From: an uncultured Nitrospinota bacterium
Lineage (GTDB): Bacteria > Tectomicrobia > Entotheonellia > J063 > CAVPRW01
DNA: 36,658 bases
Assembly (NCBI GenBank): GCA_963707985.1
Contig: CAVPRW010000038.1
Coordinates: 1 to 36,658 of the forward strand
Direction: 5' to 3'
Position numbers and translations under genes: made by a program
In this document: one piece after another, positions 19,906-30,368 of the stretch
Numbering within the stretch: the stretch's first letter is position 1
Layout: every line of letters starts with the position of its first letter
The notes under the pieces: model-generated
Seen by the model: only the letters and a program-made list of their open reading frames with translations
The model's database searches: none
Told to the model about the DNA's origin: nothing

Positions 19906-20502
19906 TCAAGCCTGCCTTCTCCATTGAGCCTCAGCTTCAAAGGTTGCCTGCAGGCCTGGCCGTACTGGTAAGCCAATCTCTTTAAACTTGGCTTCCAGCA
20001 ATTCGCTATAGTTCTCGCGTACCGCGTCCTTGGAAGAGAGTTGTAACGACGCGAGCACCGTTTCGATTGCAGAGGGGGTGTCTCCTTCGACCTCTATGAA
20101 AGAACCGATAAAGGGGAGTCGGTCTATGGCAATCTCGGCATTTTCACCAGTAAAAACCCAGCGTTGCTTTTCAATAACTGCTGTCGCCACAAGGCCTTGG
20201 CTCGCAAGCTGTTCGCGCACTTCTAGTTCATTTGCGGCAGAAAACTCTAATTCAATTCTTTGATAAACATTGTCAGGCAAATATATGCGCGGGCCTTTCA
20301 ATGCTACCTTTAGATTTCCGTTAACAGACCTCAGCCTTACAGCGAAGTCTTGTTCTTTGAGATTCTCTTCTCTTGTATCAAAATACTCATCATGCTGATT
20401 TATCTGTCCGCCATCCGAGTACAGGACCCGGCATAAGGCAAGTATCTCCGACACTTGATCATCGGAGCCTATTCCAATCTTTATTTCAGTCTCATTCAAC
20501 AC
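19906..20502 (-). CDS. CYTH-domain protein (class IV adenylate cyclase CyaB-like / triphosphate tunnel enzyme), low GC
   Basis: ETEIK (ExExK), QHDEYFD, AVRLR, LKGP, RIELE, IEKQRW, IDRLPFIGSFIEVEG, NYSELL. Native start is probably GTG/TTG at 20502/20499. Confidence 0.88.
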   Translation of the reverse strand: MLNETEIKIGIGSDDQVSEILALCRVLYSDGGQINQHDEYFDTREENLKEQDFAVRLRSVNGNLKVALKGPRIYLPDNVYQRIELEFSAANELEVREQLASQGLVATAVIEKQRWVFTGENAEIAIDRLPFIGSFIEVEGDTPSAIETVLASLQLSSKDAVRENYSELLEAKFKEIGLPVRPGLQATFEAEAQWRRQA

Positions 20503-20589
20503 GACTGAACTCTTAATCACAGTGCCGGATCTAAGCGTTTCCACATATGTCTGGCGAGGGAATCTTTTTGAAGTGACTCTGGGATACCC

Positions 20590-21508
20590 ATTTCGTTGCC
20601 CCATGTCGGCAATGATGAGGAGTTCCTTGGCCTTCGGATACATTGACGAGCCCCTCTGGAGCCACCAGGCGCGGATCGTGGCGACTGCGAAGGCAGGCGT
20701 GTCATGGTCTATCCCGACACTGACCCAGCCCACGTGGGCACCGACATCGTCGACCCCGTAGGGAGTCACGTTTCCATGCTTCGGGTCGATGCAATCGTAG
20801 ACGCGCACTGCTGGGGGCTGCCCTTTGGGAGGCGATGCACGCCCGGCGTTCTTGTCGTCGCCGACCAGTTCCTTCTGCTGGGTATCCACCGAGATCACCG
20901 GCTGGCCGCGCGTGTGGAAGTCCCGCACGAGGGTGGCGATGGGTTCGAATTGGGCGTCACGGTCCGGGTGCCGGCCTCCTTCGCGCGTCTTGCGTGTCCC
21001 CTGCAACCTGTCATCAGCGCCGCGCAGCAGTTCACTGACCAGCTGCGGACTGACCCGGTGCCCTTGCGCCTGAATCTCGGTGGCAAGGCGACGGACGCTC
21101 TTGCCTGTCCAACGCCATGGCGACTGAGGATCTCCACGAGTCGTCGATTCCACCAGTGCTTCGCGATCCCTGAGTAGCGTCAGCTCCCGCTCAACTCTGC
21201 GCTGGCGTCCCGCTCCAGCACGCCGTCGGCGCTCCATGGCAGGCGCAGCCTCGGAGGGCGCTTCGCCATGCCTCTCTCGGATTCCGGCGCGAATCGTCTT
21301 GCGGGACAAACCGGTCGCCAGCACTACGGCACGGATGCCACCGCGTCCAATCGCCAAGGCTTCGGTCGCAGCCCAGCGGCGTCGCGCCAGCTCATTCAGC
21401 ACAGGCTCAAGCGCCTTGAACTGCTCGGCTAACGCGTCGTATTGTGCCATAGAACGATCATAACACCGAAAAGCCGATTCGGATACTTTATTTCCAGACG
21501 GCTACTAA
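20590..21508 (-). mobile_element. ISAzo13-family element, 3'-truncated and degenerate (transposase start 21450)
   Basis: LNELARRRWAATEA..GRGGI, TRGDPQSP, HPDRDAQF, PVISVDT..KELVG, GWVSVGIDHDT.AFAVATIRAWW, ELLIIAD. Putative left end near 21480-21508. Confidence 0.9.
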
Positions 21509-21510
21509 GT

Positions 21511-21657
21511 ATGGCCGCCGCCGGAGGAATTCCTCTGTTGGCGTCGATTCTGGCACCAACGCCAGTGGAGGCCAGGTCAAGCATGGGCAGCGGACAGTCC
21601 TGTGCGAGTCTTCCCTGTTGCATCGGCCCCTGCGTCGGTGGTACCTGCGTTGCCTGA
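21511..21657 (+). CDS. Small Cys-rich peptide with a leader-like segment, probably 5'-truncated by ISAzo13
   Basis: MAAAGGIPLLASILAPTPVEA-RSSMGSGQSCASLPCCIGPCVGGTCVA*, beginning right at the IS end. Confidence 0.5.
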   Translation: MAAAGGIPLLASILAPTPVEARSSMGSGQSCASLPCCIGPCVGGTCVA

Positions 21658-21959
21658 TAGGCGAAGCCCATGAGATGGCATGTGCGCCTCTGTACTGTAT
21701 ATCCCACCGTCAAGCCCAGACTTCAGGTTCTTGGGAATATCGTTGTGTGATGAGCTGACTCTGGTTACAATAGGGTGTGGTCAAGGTGCCTGCCTCGAGG
21801 GCTCGCTCCTCACCTCAACGAGAATAGCTTAATCAATGTTCCTGGAAGCGCTGGCACGTGGCGCCAGAAGAGTTGCCGGATGGTATGCAGAGAAAGCCTC
21901 GCACAGCTGCGAGAGCTGGCGGTTTCTCGCCACACTGATTTCAGAAAGGAGAGCGCTCG

Positions 21960-22904
21960 ATGCGGATTTGTTCATTTCTACCAAGTGCCACCGAGATCGT
22001 CTACGCCCTCGGGCTTGGCGATCAACTCTACGGGGTGACACGCTCGTGTGATTACCCGGTTGAGGCACTCAGCAAGCCGATCGTCGTGCGCAGCATCCTC
22101 GACGAGGAGGGACTCACCAGCAGCGACATCGATCGCATCGTCAAAGAACATGCGCGTAACGGCCAGAGCGTCTATCACATCGATATGGAGGCTTTACACG
22201 CTGCTGAGCCTGATCTCATCCTTACCCAGCAACTCTGCGATGTTTGCGCCGTAGGGTATAACGATGTCCTCGTGCAGGTCAAAGACTTGCCCAAAAAACC
22301 ACAAGTCGTTTCCCTCAACCCAACCTCGTTGGGCGATGTTTTGGAGGATATTCTGACGGTTGGCCAAGTGAGTGGCACATCCGACCGTGCTCAGGCCATT
22401 GTCAGTGCACTCCAGCAGCGCATCGAGGCCGTACGTCAGCAAGCCGCCAACGCCACCACAAGGCCCAGGGTCTTTTGTCTGGAGTGGCTGGACCCCCTCT
22501 TTGTGTCCGGCCATTGGCTGCCTGAGATGGTAGGAATCGCCGGGGGCATCGATGGCGTCGGGAATGACCGCACACCCTCCACGCAGATTGCCTGGGAGAC
22601 TGTACGTGACTACCAACCAGAGGTGGTGATCTTGATGCCTTGCGGTGCGGATGTTCCCAAGACGCTCAGCGAGCTGCATGATGTGGAGGCGCTGCCAGGC
22701 TGGGTCGATTTACCTGCCGTGCGCAACGGCCGCCTCTATGCCGTGGATGCCGGTGCCTATTTCAGCCGCTCAGGTCCGCGGCTCGTCGACGGCTTGGAGC
22801 TACTGGCACAGATCATTCAACCCGAGATCTTTCCCTGGAATGTCCCAGAAACGATTGCCATGCGTGTCCCCGGACCGAAGGAATCCCAGCCGGTCTCGGC
22901 CTGA
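21960..22904 (+). CDS. BtuF/TroA-like cobalamin- or iron-chelate-binding protein without a signal peptide
   Basis: MRICSFLPSATEIVYALG, EPDLILTQQLCDVCAV, EWLDPLFVSGHWLPEM, YFSRSGPRLVDGLE; GGAG RBS. Confidence 0.88.
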   Translation: MRICSFLPSATEIVYALGLGDQLYGVTRSCDYPVEALSKPIVVRSILDEEGLTSSDIDRIVKEHARNGQSVYHIDMEALHAAEPDLILTQQLCDVCAVGYNDVLVQVKDLPKKPQVVSLNPTSLGDVLEDILTVGQVSGTSDRAQAIVSALQQRIEAVRQQAANATTRPRVFCLEWLDPLFVSGHWLPEMVGIAGGIDGVGNDRTPSTQIAWETVRDYQPEVVILMPCGADVPKTLSELHDVEALPGWVDLPAVRNGRLYAVDAGAYFSRSGPRLVDGLELLAQIIQPEIFPWNVPETIAMRVPGPKESQPVSA

Positions 22905-22918
22905 CGGGAGGTCATGGC

Positions 22919-23362
22919 GTGAGCGTGGTGACCCAAAGCCAACTCTCTCTGGCACAGCAGTGGTATACCCAGCGACGGGCACTATACGAGGAGTGGCCCT
23001 GGCAGATTGGCGATTGGGCTTGTCTCGCAAAGGAACACCCCGAGGAGACCGATATCCACCTGGTGGAGTACGTCTGGGAGGGACTACTGGAACTGCGCCC
23101 CACAGGTGCCGCTCCGTCGACACCGTCCTTGCGCGAGCCTGCGGACCGTTTCTTTCCGCTACCGAGTTGGGAGCGAGGCCGTGAGTGGCTGCGTCAGCAC
23201 GGTTGGGGTTCGCCATACTGCACCACCGATGGAATGACCATCACGTGGTTCTTCGAGCCATTCCAGACCGATCTCGATGAGTTGCTCTCAGCGCAGGGCC
23301 TCACTGATCTCGAATGCTTGTACGCTGTCATGTTACAGATCAATGAACGCGAGACCCGCTAG
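22919..23362 (+). CDS. Hypothetical protein
   Basis: 147-aa Trp-rich ORF with a GGAGG RBS, directly downstream of the BtuF-like gene. Confidence 0.65.
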   Translation: MSVVTQSQLSLAQQWYTQRRALYEEWPWQIGDWACLAKEHPEETDIHLVEYVWEGLLELRPTGAAPSTPSLREPADRFFPLPSWERGREWLRQHGWGSPYCTTDGMTITWFFEPFQTDLDELLSAQGLTDLECLYAVMLQINERETR

Positions 23363-23461
23363 GTTCAGAGCAATGGCAAGGACACTGTGCGGTTACCCGG
23401 CCAGGGTACCTCTGCGTGGGCATGCCCGACAACGCTGTGACGTCGTGAGCCCACGCTAGTC

Positions 23462-23731
23462 CTATGGTGTTTCGGGGAGCACCAGAGCTTCCGTCTCCAA
23501 GAATTGGTGGCGGCAGCGATCACACTGATCCTTCAGCGGTTCACCATACATCAGCGCTCGCGAAAAATTGAGGCGGGTCACTGCGGTGCTTTGACAGGAC
23601 GGGCACGCCAGCACCATACGCTCTATTTTGCCGTCTGGCCGCCGCCGTTCGGCAATTAGTCGTGTGACATAATTGTTATAATAGCTGACCTGGGCGCTGG
23701 AAGCCGTTTCTGCAAACTCCTTGTACGTCAT
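23462..23731 (-). CDS. Small zinc-ribbon-like protein
   Basis: 89 aa with CPSC and CDRC pairs; GGAG upstream of the ATG. Confidence 0.65.
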   Translation of the reverse strand: MTYKEFAETASSAQVSYYNNYVTRLIAERRRPDGKIERMVLACPSCQSTAVTRLNFSRALMYGEPLKDQCDRCRHQFLETEALVLPETP

Positions 23732-24199
23732 ACGTGGACTCCATCTCGGATCATACCGGCCCCATTGGCCTCGCTAGAAAATGCCTCATCATGGCCCCTA
23801 TCATGCGTGAAGAGGCGAGGGGATGCAAGCGGGATGTGAAGCCAGACACGGAAAGCCTGGTAGTTGACCTGTGATGAACTGGCCTGAGCGATAGGGCCAG
23901 AGATATGCAGGCACTGTGGCTTGCGCATCCTCTTGCTTATAGCGGCGAATGACACCGGACGACAGGGTCCCCCCGCCCCAGCGCTGGCTCAGCGGCCACC
24001 GATGGTGGAAGTTGACCAGGGCAGCCGGTCAGCGGGGAACTCGGCCATCTAGGCCATGCGGGCGAGCCTAAAGCGGCTGTGGCACGTTGGAGGGCTTGGG
24101 CGCTCGACTTACGGGCGAGATGCGCCAAGAACTTGAGGCGGTTCCGGTTGAGGGCTTCGCGCGGCCAATGCGACACAACTACGGAATGATGGATCAGGA

Positions 24200-24229
24200 G
24201 CGGTGGACGGGATTCACCTCGTCCACCGC
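24200..24229 (-). terminator. GC-rich hairpin downstream of the NHL gene
   Basis: Perfect 10-bp stem GCGGTGGACG/CGTCCACCGC with a 10-nt loop, but no U-tract. Confidence 0.4.
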
Positions 24230-24241
24230 CCGCCGTACCGA

Positions 24242-25180
24242 TCAGACGCGGACGAACTTCTGGAGGCGGTTGTTGCGGCTAGCTTCGGCGGTGTAGAGGG
24301 AGCCGTCGGTGTCCATCCAGGCGCCGTGGACGCTGCCGGCGACGAACTGGCCTGGCGCCTCGCCCTTCTCACCCCAGCTCCCGATCTTGGTCCCGTCGCG
24401 CTTCCAGATCTCGATGCCGGCGCCGCCGGCGATGTGGAAGGTACCGTCGGCGTCGAGGGCGATCCGGTTGGGGTGGCTGACGTGCTCCTGCAGGCTGACG
24501 AACTCGCCGTCGGTGGTGAAAACCTGCCAGCGGTGGTTCTCGCGGTCCATCACGTAGACTCGATTGTCTTCGGTGACTAGCAGCTCGTGCGGCACGTTGA
24601 ACTGGCAAGGGTCGGTTCCGGGCGTGCCGGTCACAGGCCCGAGATTGAACCGCTTCGGAATGAAGACCGAGTCGCCGCCGCCGAAGGTGAGGATGTGCTC
24701 GCCCTTGGCCGAGAAGCGGTGGATCCGGTTCTGGCCGTAACCGTCCGAGACGAAAATGTCGCCGTTGGGCGCCTCGACCGCGTGGGTCGGCATGTTGAAT
24801 GGCTGGCCGTCGGGGCCCTTATGGCCCTGGGTGCCGATCGAAAGCAGCACCTCGCCAGTCGGCGAGTGTTTGGTGATGGTGTGGAAGCCAGTGTCGGCCA
24901 GGTAAATCTCGCCGGCCTGGTTGACCCAGATCCCGTGCGGCGAGGAGGCCAGGTTGCCCCAGCTGCCGACCTCGTTCCCATCTCGGTCGAGCACCAGCAC
25001 GTGCCCGATGCCGCCCAGGATGTTACTGACCGAGCCGTCCTCGCGCGGGTTGCGGACGCCGGCGTAAACCCGGCCCTGCGCGTCGACGCAGACATCTGCG
25101 ACCGCGCCGCGGATCTCCACCTTGGGCCAATGCTCGACCACTTCGTACTGGTAGTTCCCGAACCCGATGCGCGTCGCCAT
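24242..25180 (-). CDS. NHL-repeat beta-propeller protein (peptidyl-alpha-hydroxyglycine lyase-like)
   Basis: MATRIGFGNYQYEVVEHWPK, SPHGIWV, FNMPTH, IFVSDGYGQNRIHRFS, FNVPH, VMDRENHRWQVF, WGEKGEAPGQF, RLQKF; GGGAGG RBS. Confidence 0.9.
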   Translation of the reverse strand: MATRIGFGNYQYEVVEHWPKVEIRGAVADVCVDAQGRVYAGVRNPREDGSVSNILGGIGHVLVLDRDGNEVGSWGNLASSPHGIWVNQAGEIYLADTGFHTITKHSPTGEVLLSIGTQGHKGPDGQPFNMPTHAVEAPNGDIFVSDGYGQNRIHRFSAKGEHILTFGGGDSVFIPKRFNLGPVTGTPGTDPCQFNVPHELLVTEDNRVYVMDRENHRWQVFTTDGEFVSLQEHVSHPNRIALDADGTFHIAGGAGIEIWKRDGTKIGSWGEKGEAPGQFVAGSVHGAWMDTDGSLYTAEASRNNRLQKFVRV

Positions 25181-25459
25181 GGTTTCCCTCCCGCGGTGGT
25201 TAGTGCCGTCTCTCAGCTGAGTGCCAGTGAGCTGTTGTCTGAGTATAGCAGAAGATGGCATTGTCAACTTAATGGGTAAGCTGTACAACCTCTCCCACTT
25301 CGGTGGTTTGGAGGACGATTATACAGCTCAGACATCCCATTGAGGGTCATAAAACGGCCTCGAAATGGGCTCATCGTCCCACTCGACAATTCCGTTTGGC
25401 AGAGGTGCCTAAAACCTGCCGTATCTCCCAGCTCCCACACCTCGAGGAACCGACGATTC

Positions 25460-25570
25460 AACTGAGGCGGGCGACCTGGCTTGGACTCATGTCCTTACAG
25501 TTGCGCGACAGCGCCGGACTCGCACCGGCTTCGCCTCTCCGCCCTGTCGTCCGGGGCACGGGCACCTTGG
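25460..25570 (-). ncRNA. Cobalamin riboswitch
   Basis: Minus strand reads AAGGTGCC...GAAGCCGGTGCGAGTCCGGCGCTGTCGCGCAACTGTAA...AAGCCAGGTCGCCCGCCT, matching the conserved core and B12 box. Confidence 0.88.
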
Positions 25571-25691
25571 TTGAGAGAGTCGATCGCACGTGTCTTCGGA
25601 GACACGGCGTTTGTCTAGGTAATGGGTGGTATATGTCCCGTATGCCTGCATCCAAGCAGGCCTGCACCTGTACTATCCACTACTCATGGAG

Positions 25692-25718
25692 CCCCTCTCC
25701 CTGGCCAGGGAGAGGGGG
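25692..25718. repeat. REP-like hairpin CCCCTCTCCCTGG/CCAGGGAGAGGGG
   Basis: Perfect palindrome just downstream of the deacylase stop, related to 11737-11757. Confidence 0.55.
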
Positions 25719-25736
25719 ACAGCGGACGACGCTGAC

Positions 25737-26491
25737 TTAGACCTGTGCCGTGGCGTGATACTGGCTATTTCTCAGCACACGCCCGGGGAGCGCACCGGTG
25801 TGGTGGCCGTTTTCGAGCAACACCTGGCCATTGACGATGGTGTACTGAATCCCCGTCGCCAGCTCTCGGATGCGCCAGCCGCCGGCCGGAAAATCGTGCA
25901 CGGTGTCTTCCGGCAGCGGGTTGATGGTGTCGGGATCGAAGATCGTGATATCGGCCGCCAGGCCCGGGCGCAGGAGCCCCCGATCGTAGATGCCGAACGT
26001 CGAGGCCGACTCGAAGGTCAGCCGGCGCACCGCGTGCTCGAGCGACATGATGCCCTCCTGGCGCACCCAGTAGCCGAGCAAGCGCGTGCTGTACCCATAG
26101 CCCCCGTGGAACTGCACGTGGGCGCCGCCGTCGGAGAGCCCGATATAGGCGTTGGGGTAGTTGAGGATCTGGGCCATGGCCGCCTTATCGACGTTCGACG
26201 AGCCCTCTAAGAATACCGTGTCGAGGTGCTCCTCGACCGCCAGATCCAGGAAGGCATCGATGATGCCCTTGCCCTGGGCTTCCGCCATTTCCCGGATGGA
26301 CTTGCCCTGCCAGGCCTTGTTCTGCGGCAACACCGTCTCCCCCACCCAGATATAATCATACCAGCGCCGCCCGATGGTCGCGCCGGGTAAGTCGGCCGTC
26401 CACTCCACCACTTCCTGGTGCAGTTTGCGCCGCACCGCCGGATCGCTGTAGGCCCGCAGTTTGTCCTCGTCCGACGACAGCAAAATGGGAT
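25737..26491 (-). pseudogene. N-acyl-D-amino-acid deacylase (amidohydrolase) C-terminal half, truncated by ISKra4
   Basis: IGLSDGGAHV, MSLEHAVRRLT, GIYDRGLLRPGLAADITIFDP, TIVNGQV, TGALPGRVLR. The 5' half is absent and the apparent ATG lies inside the IS end. Confidence 0.88.
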
Positions 26492-28049
26492 GAGTGTACA
26501 TGAAATGAGTGTCAGACTCAAAGTGGCACGGGAAGGCGGTTTCTGGGTGCCAGGGACCCTCCGTCTATGGTAGAAACCTGGGAACATCTGCGCAGTGTTC
26601 CGATGGTTTGACCACGTCAGGAGGATCCCCATGGAGGCCCTCGAGGTCGAGATGAGTATCGCGGAAGGACGAGCAGGCGCTCCAGGCGCTGCTGCAGTGT
26701 GCCAGGGAACATGCCGGCAAGCTCGAGGCGCACGAAGCCGAGAAGGGCATCTTCAAGCGGCGGCTGCCCATGGGGTTGGCGGCGATGAAGCGGTCACTTC
26801 GCCCAGCGCGGGACGGGCGATGTCGGACCGGCCATCACGCGGGCCGACGGCGTGCTCCTGCCGCGGGAGAAGAGGCTGCGAGAACGGGACGACTGCTCGC
26901 TCTTCGGCACGTTCGCGGTGGCCCGGACCTGCGACCGCACGCCCGGGGAGCCGGGGATCTTCCCGCTGGACGCGCAGGTCAACCTCCCTGAGCGGTGCGA
27001 CTCGTACGTCCTGCAAGAGTGGATGACCGTGTTCGCGGTCGAGCACCCCTTCCAGGAGCGTGCGGGATGGTTCGCGCCGCTCTTTGACCTCGAGGTGGCC
27101 GAGAGCGTGCTGATGGAGGTGGCGCAGGAGGCACCGCAGGACGACGAGGACTTCTCTGCGCAGCGGCCCGTGTCCCCAGAGGAAACCGCAGGGAGAGCTG
27201 CTGGTGGTGAGTGTTGACGGCAAGGGCGTCCCGATGATCAAGGCGGAGGCGGTCAAGCTCAAGGCCACGTTGGGCACGGGCGAGAAGCGGCAGCAGCAGA
27301 AGGCAGCGCTGGTGGGGGTCAGCGACACCGTCGATGCCCAAGCCGCGGTCGCCAGAAGCGCTGGCGGAACTCCTGGTCGATCCGGAAGCGGCGCGTGCGC
27401 GCCGGCAGCAGGAAGGCGACACGGACGATGCGCCCAGAGCCCAGCAGGTCCGGCGGCTCGCCAGCCTGGTGCGGACGAAGCAGGCGGTGATGGAGCTGCA
27501 TCAAGGCCGACGCCGAGCGCCGGGATCCCCAGCACCGCCAACCCTTGGTCGTCCTGCTCGATGGCGCCCTCGGCCTGTGGAACCTGGCGACCAAGCTCTT
27601 CAAGCCGTGGAAGCGCGTGACGTTTGTGCTGGACATCATGCACGTCGTGGGCTACCTCTGGAGCGCGGCCAACGCCTTGTTCGGGGAAGGCTCCAAGGCG
27701 GGAAAGCGCTGGGTGCAGCAGAAGCTGACGGAGATTCTCCGCGGCCGGGTGGGCTACGTCATCGGCGGACTGCGACAGATCCTGACGAAGCAGCAGCTCC
27801 GGAAGTCGGTGCGGGAGACACTCGCGAAAGTCATCACGTGCTTCCACAACCACCGGCGCTGGATGCACGTACGACGCGTACCTGGCCGCGGGCTTGCCCG
27901 TCGGGACCGGCGTCGTGGAGATTAGCCAACTATACTACCCCTATACAGACAACTTCCTCTTATCCTATGATTGGTATCACGGGATTATTGAACCTTGTCG
28001 CCGTTGTCGACAAGTTACAGTCTCACGCCGTGGAAGAGAAAGGGACCGT

Positions 28050-28231
28050 ATGTCAACCCATGTCCTCCCCCCCCGCCCCTAGGCAGCCACGAGATCACTC
28101 ATGTGTGGGTGAGGCTGCCCGCTGTGAATCGCCAACGCCTCATGGGGCTGCTCAGTCAGTTGCTGGAGCGCCAACTGATCGGCTTGGAAACACCAGGGGA
28201 GGACAGTCATGAAGCGGTACCAAGTCACTGA
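28050..28231 (+). CDS. Small accessory ORF overlapping the recombinase start (frameshift in a C8 run)
   Basis: Purine-rich RBS before ATG 28050 (alternative ATG 28060); amphipathic segment HVWVRLPAVNRQRLMGLLSQLLERQL. Confidence 0.55.
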
Positions 28232-30368
28232 GCCGTGGCATGGCTATACGGACAAAATCTTGCCTCGGCATCTGGATCGCCTGGCGGTCGTCTATGTGCG
28301 GCAATCCACCATGCAGCAGGTCCTTGATCATCAAGAATCGACCCGGTTGCCATACGGGCTGGTGCAGCGGGTTGTGGCCTGGGGTTGGTCGGAAACCCGC
28401 GTGCTGGTGATTGATGAGGACTTGGGTCAGTCGGGTACGACGGCCGAGGGCCGTCAGGGGTTTCAGCGCCTCGTGGCGGAAGTGGGCTTGGATCATGTCG
28501 GGTTGGTGGTCGGCGTGGAGATGTCGCGCTTGGCGCGCTCCTCCAAGGATTGGCATCAACTGCTGGAGACCTGTGCGCTGTTTGGTACGTTGATCGCGGA
28601 CTTGGACGGGATCTATGATCCGAGTCACGATCATGACCGGTTGTTGTTGGGACTGAAAGGCACCATGAGCGAGGCGGAGCTCCATCTGCTCAAACAACGG
28701 ATGGATCAAGGCAAGCGCCATAAAGCCCGCCGAGGCGAGCGGCGCGTTGCCCTGCCGATCGGCGATGTCTGGGACAGCGGTGGCGAGATGGCCTTTGATC
28801 CCGATGCGCAAGTGCCACACGTGGTGCGCCTGATGTTTCGGAAGTTTGACGAACTCGGCACGTGGCACGCCCTGGTGCGTGATCTCGTGCAGCAGGGCAT
28901 CGAGCTCGGCGTACGCCGGCGCGAAGGACCTGCCAAAGGAACCCTGGAGTGGCGCTGTCCCAAGCGCTCCACCGTGCAAGCGTTCCTAAAAAACCCCATC
29001 TATGCCGGGGCCTACGCCTATGGGCGACGCCAGGTCGATGGGCGCAAAAAGCCGCCGGGACGCCCCAGTCGTGGGCGCGTGGCGCGCCCGCCACAGGGTT
29101 ATCATGTGTTGTTGAAAGATTTTGTTCCCGCCTCTATCACCTGGGAGCCGTACGCCCAGAATCTGGCCCGCTGAGCCGCGAACCGGGCCCATGCCGATAC
29201 GCTTGGCGCGGTGCGTCATGGCCCTGCACGGTTGGCCGGGCTCGTCGTCTGCGGCACGTGCAACCACCGCCTGCAGGTCCGCTATGGGGGGCCACGCACG
29301 TGACATAGCTATGTCTGTGGCCGTGCGGTGATCGACTACGGGGGTGACTATGGCCAATATCTCCCCGGTGAACCGATCGATACCTTCGTCACGCCGTGGG
29401 TGCTCAAAGCCCTTGAACCGGCCGCGCTGACGCGGTCGTTGGAGGCCACCGCTCGCCTGGAGCACGCGCGTCAGGCGTGAGACCGGCTGTGGCAACAGCG
29501 CTTGGAGCGCGCGGCCGTACGAACGTGAGCGGGCCGCGCGTCACGATCGGTTGGTCGAACCCGAGCATCGCTTGGTGGCGCGGCAACTGGCCAAGGACTG
29601 GGAAGACAAGCTCACGGTTCAGCGACAACTGCAAGAGGATGTACCAGCGTTTTGTGCACACGCCGTCCCAAGCGCTCTCGCATGCCCAGCGAGAAGCCAT
29701 CACGCAGCTGGCGCAGAATATTCCGGCACGTTGGCAGGCCCCGACCACGACGGTGGCAGACCGACAAAGAGATGATCCGGCAGATCGTCCAGCGGGTCAT
29801 GGTGCGGGCTGAAGGTGTGAGCGAACGTCTGTACATCACGATTGAGTGGGTCGGAGGCGGCACGACCGCTGGCATCACGACACGCCCCATGAGCCGCACC
29901 GAGCCCTTGAGCTATGATCCGCTGCTCTGTGAGCGTTTGCGCACGCTGGCAGCAGAAGGGTACAGTACCGTCAAGATCACGGCCTGTCTGGCCCAAGAGG
30001 GCTTCCGCTCGCCGAAACAGGATCGCCCTTTGAACCGACAAACCGTGATGGAGTTGATGCGGCGCCTCGGCATTCACCACCCCCGCAGGCGGCCCCGCCC
30101 TCCGGTGGGCCCGCATGAGTGGCGGCTGTCGGAGTGAGCAGGCGAGTTGGGACGATCGAACTCAACGCTGCATCTGTGGCGCACGCGTGGCTGGCTTCAG
30201 GCCCGCTGGCATGAGCCGGAGAAATGTTGGGTGGTCTGGGCCGATGAGGCCGAACTCAACCGCCTCAACGCGCGTGGTGCCTTGTCACCTGGAGAGGTGA
30301 CCCACAACACATGGCTTGAGGCTCAAGTCGCTCAGCAGATGGATGCATCCCGTTTGACCAACGCTTAA
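28209..30368 (+). pseudogene. Large serine recombinase (resolvase, recombinase, zinc-ribbon and coiled-coil domains), degenerate
   Basis: AVVYVRQST (catalytic Ser), IDEDLGQSG, EMSRLARS, DRLLLGLKGTMSEAEL, LKNPIYAGAY, LAGLVVCGTC. Four in-frame TGA codons and three +1 frameshifts; ends at TAA 30368. Confidence 0.92.

Noticed and set aside
23955..23967. CCGGACGACAGGG identical to part of the cobalamin riboswitch
   Set aside because: No other riboswitch elements surround it; likely a chance match.
27940..28049. Possible guide or bridge-like RNA in the element leader (CGCCGTGGA matches target CGTCGTGGA at 8/9; CTTGTCG/CGACAAG hairpin)
   Set aside because: The match is too short to exceed chance, and the att symmetry fits ordinary protein recognition. 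It would need covariation between leader and target across homologues.
29172..30137. Four in-frame TGA codons suggesting stop-codon recoding or selenocysteine
   Set aside because: Most fall where Leu is expected and fit TTA->TGA. TGA terminates normal genes elsewhere in the window.
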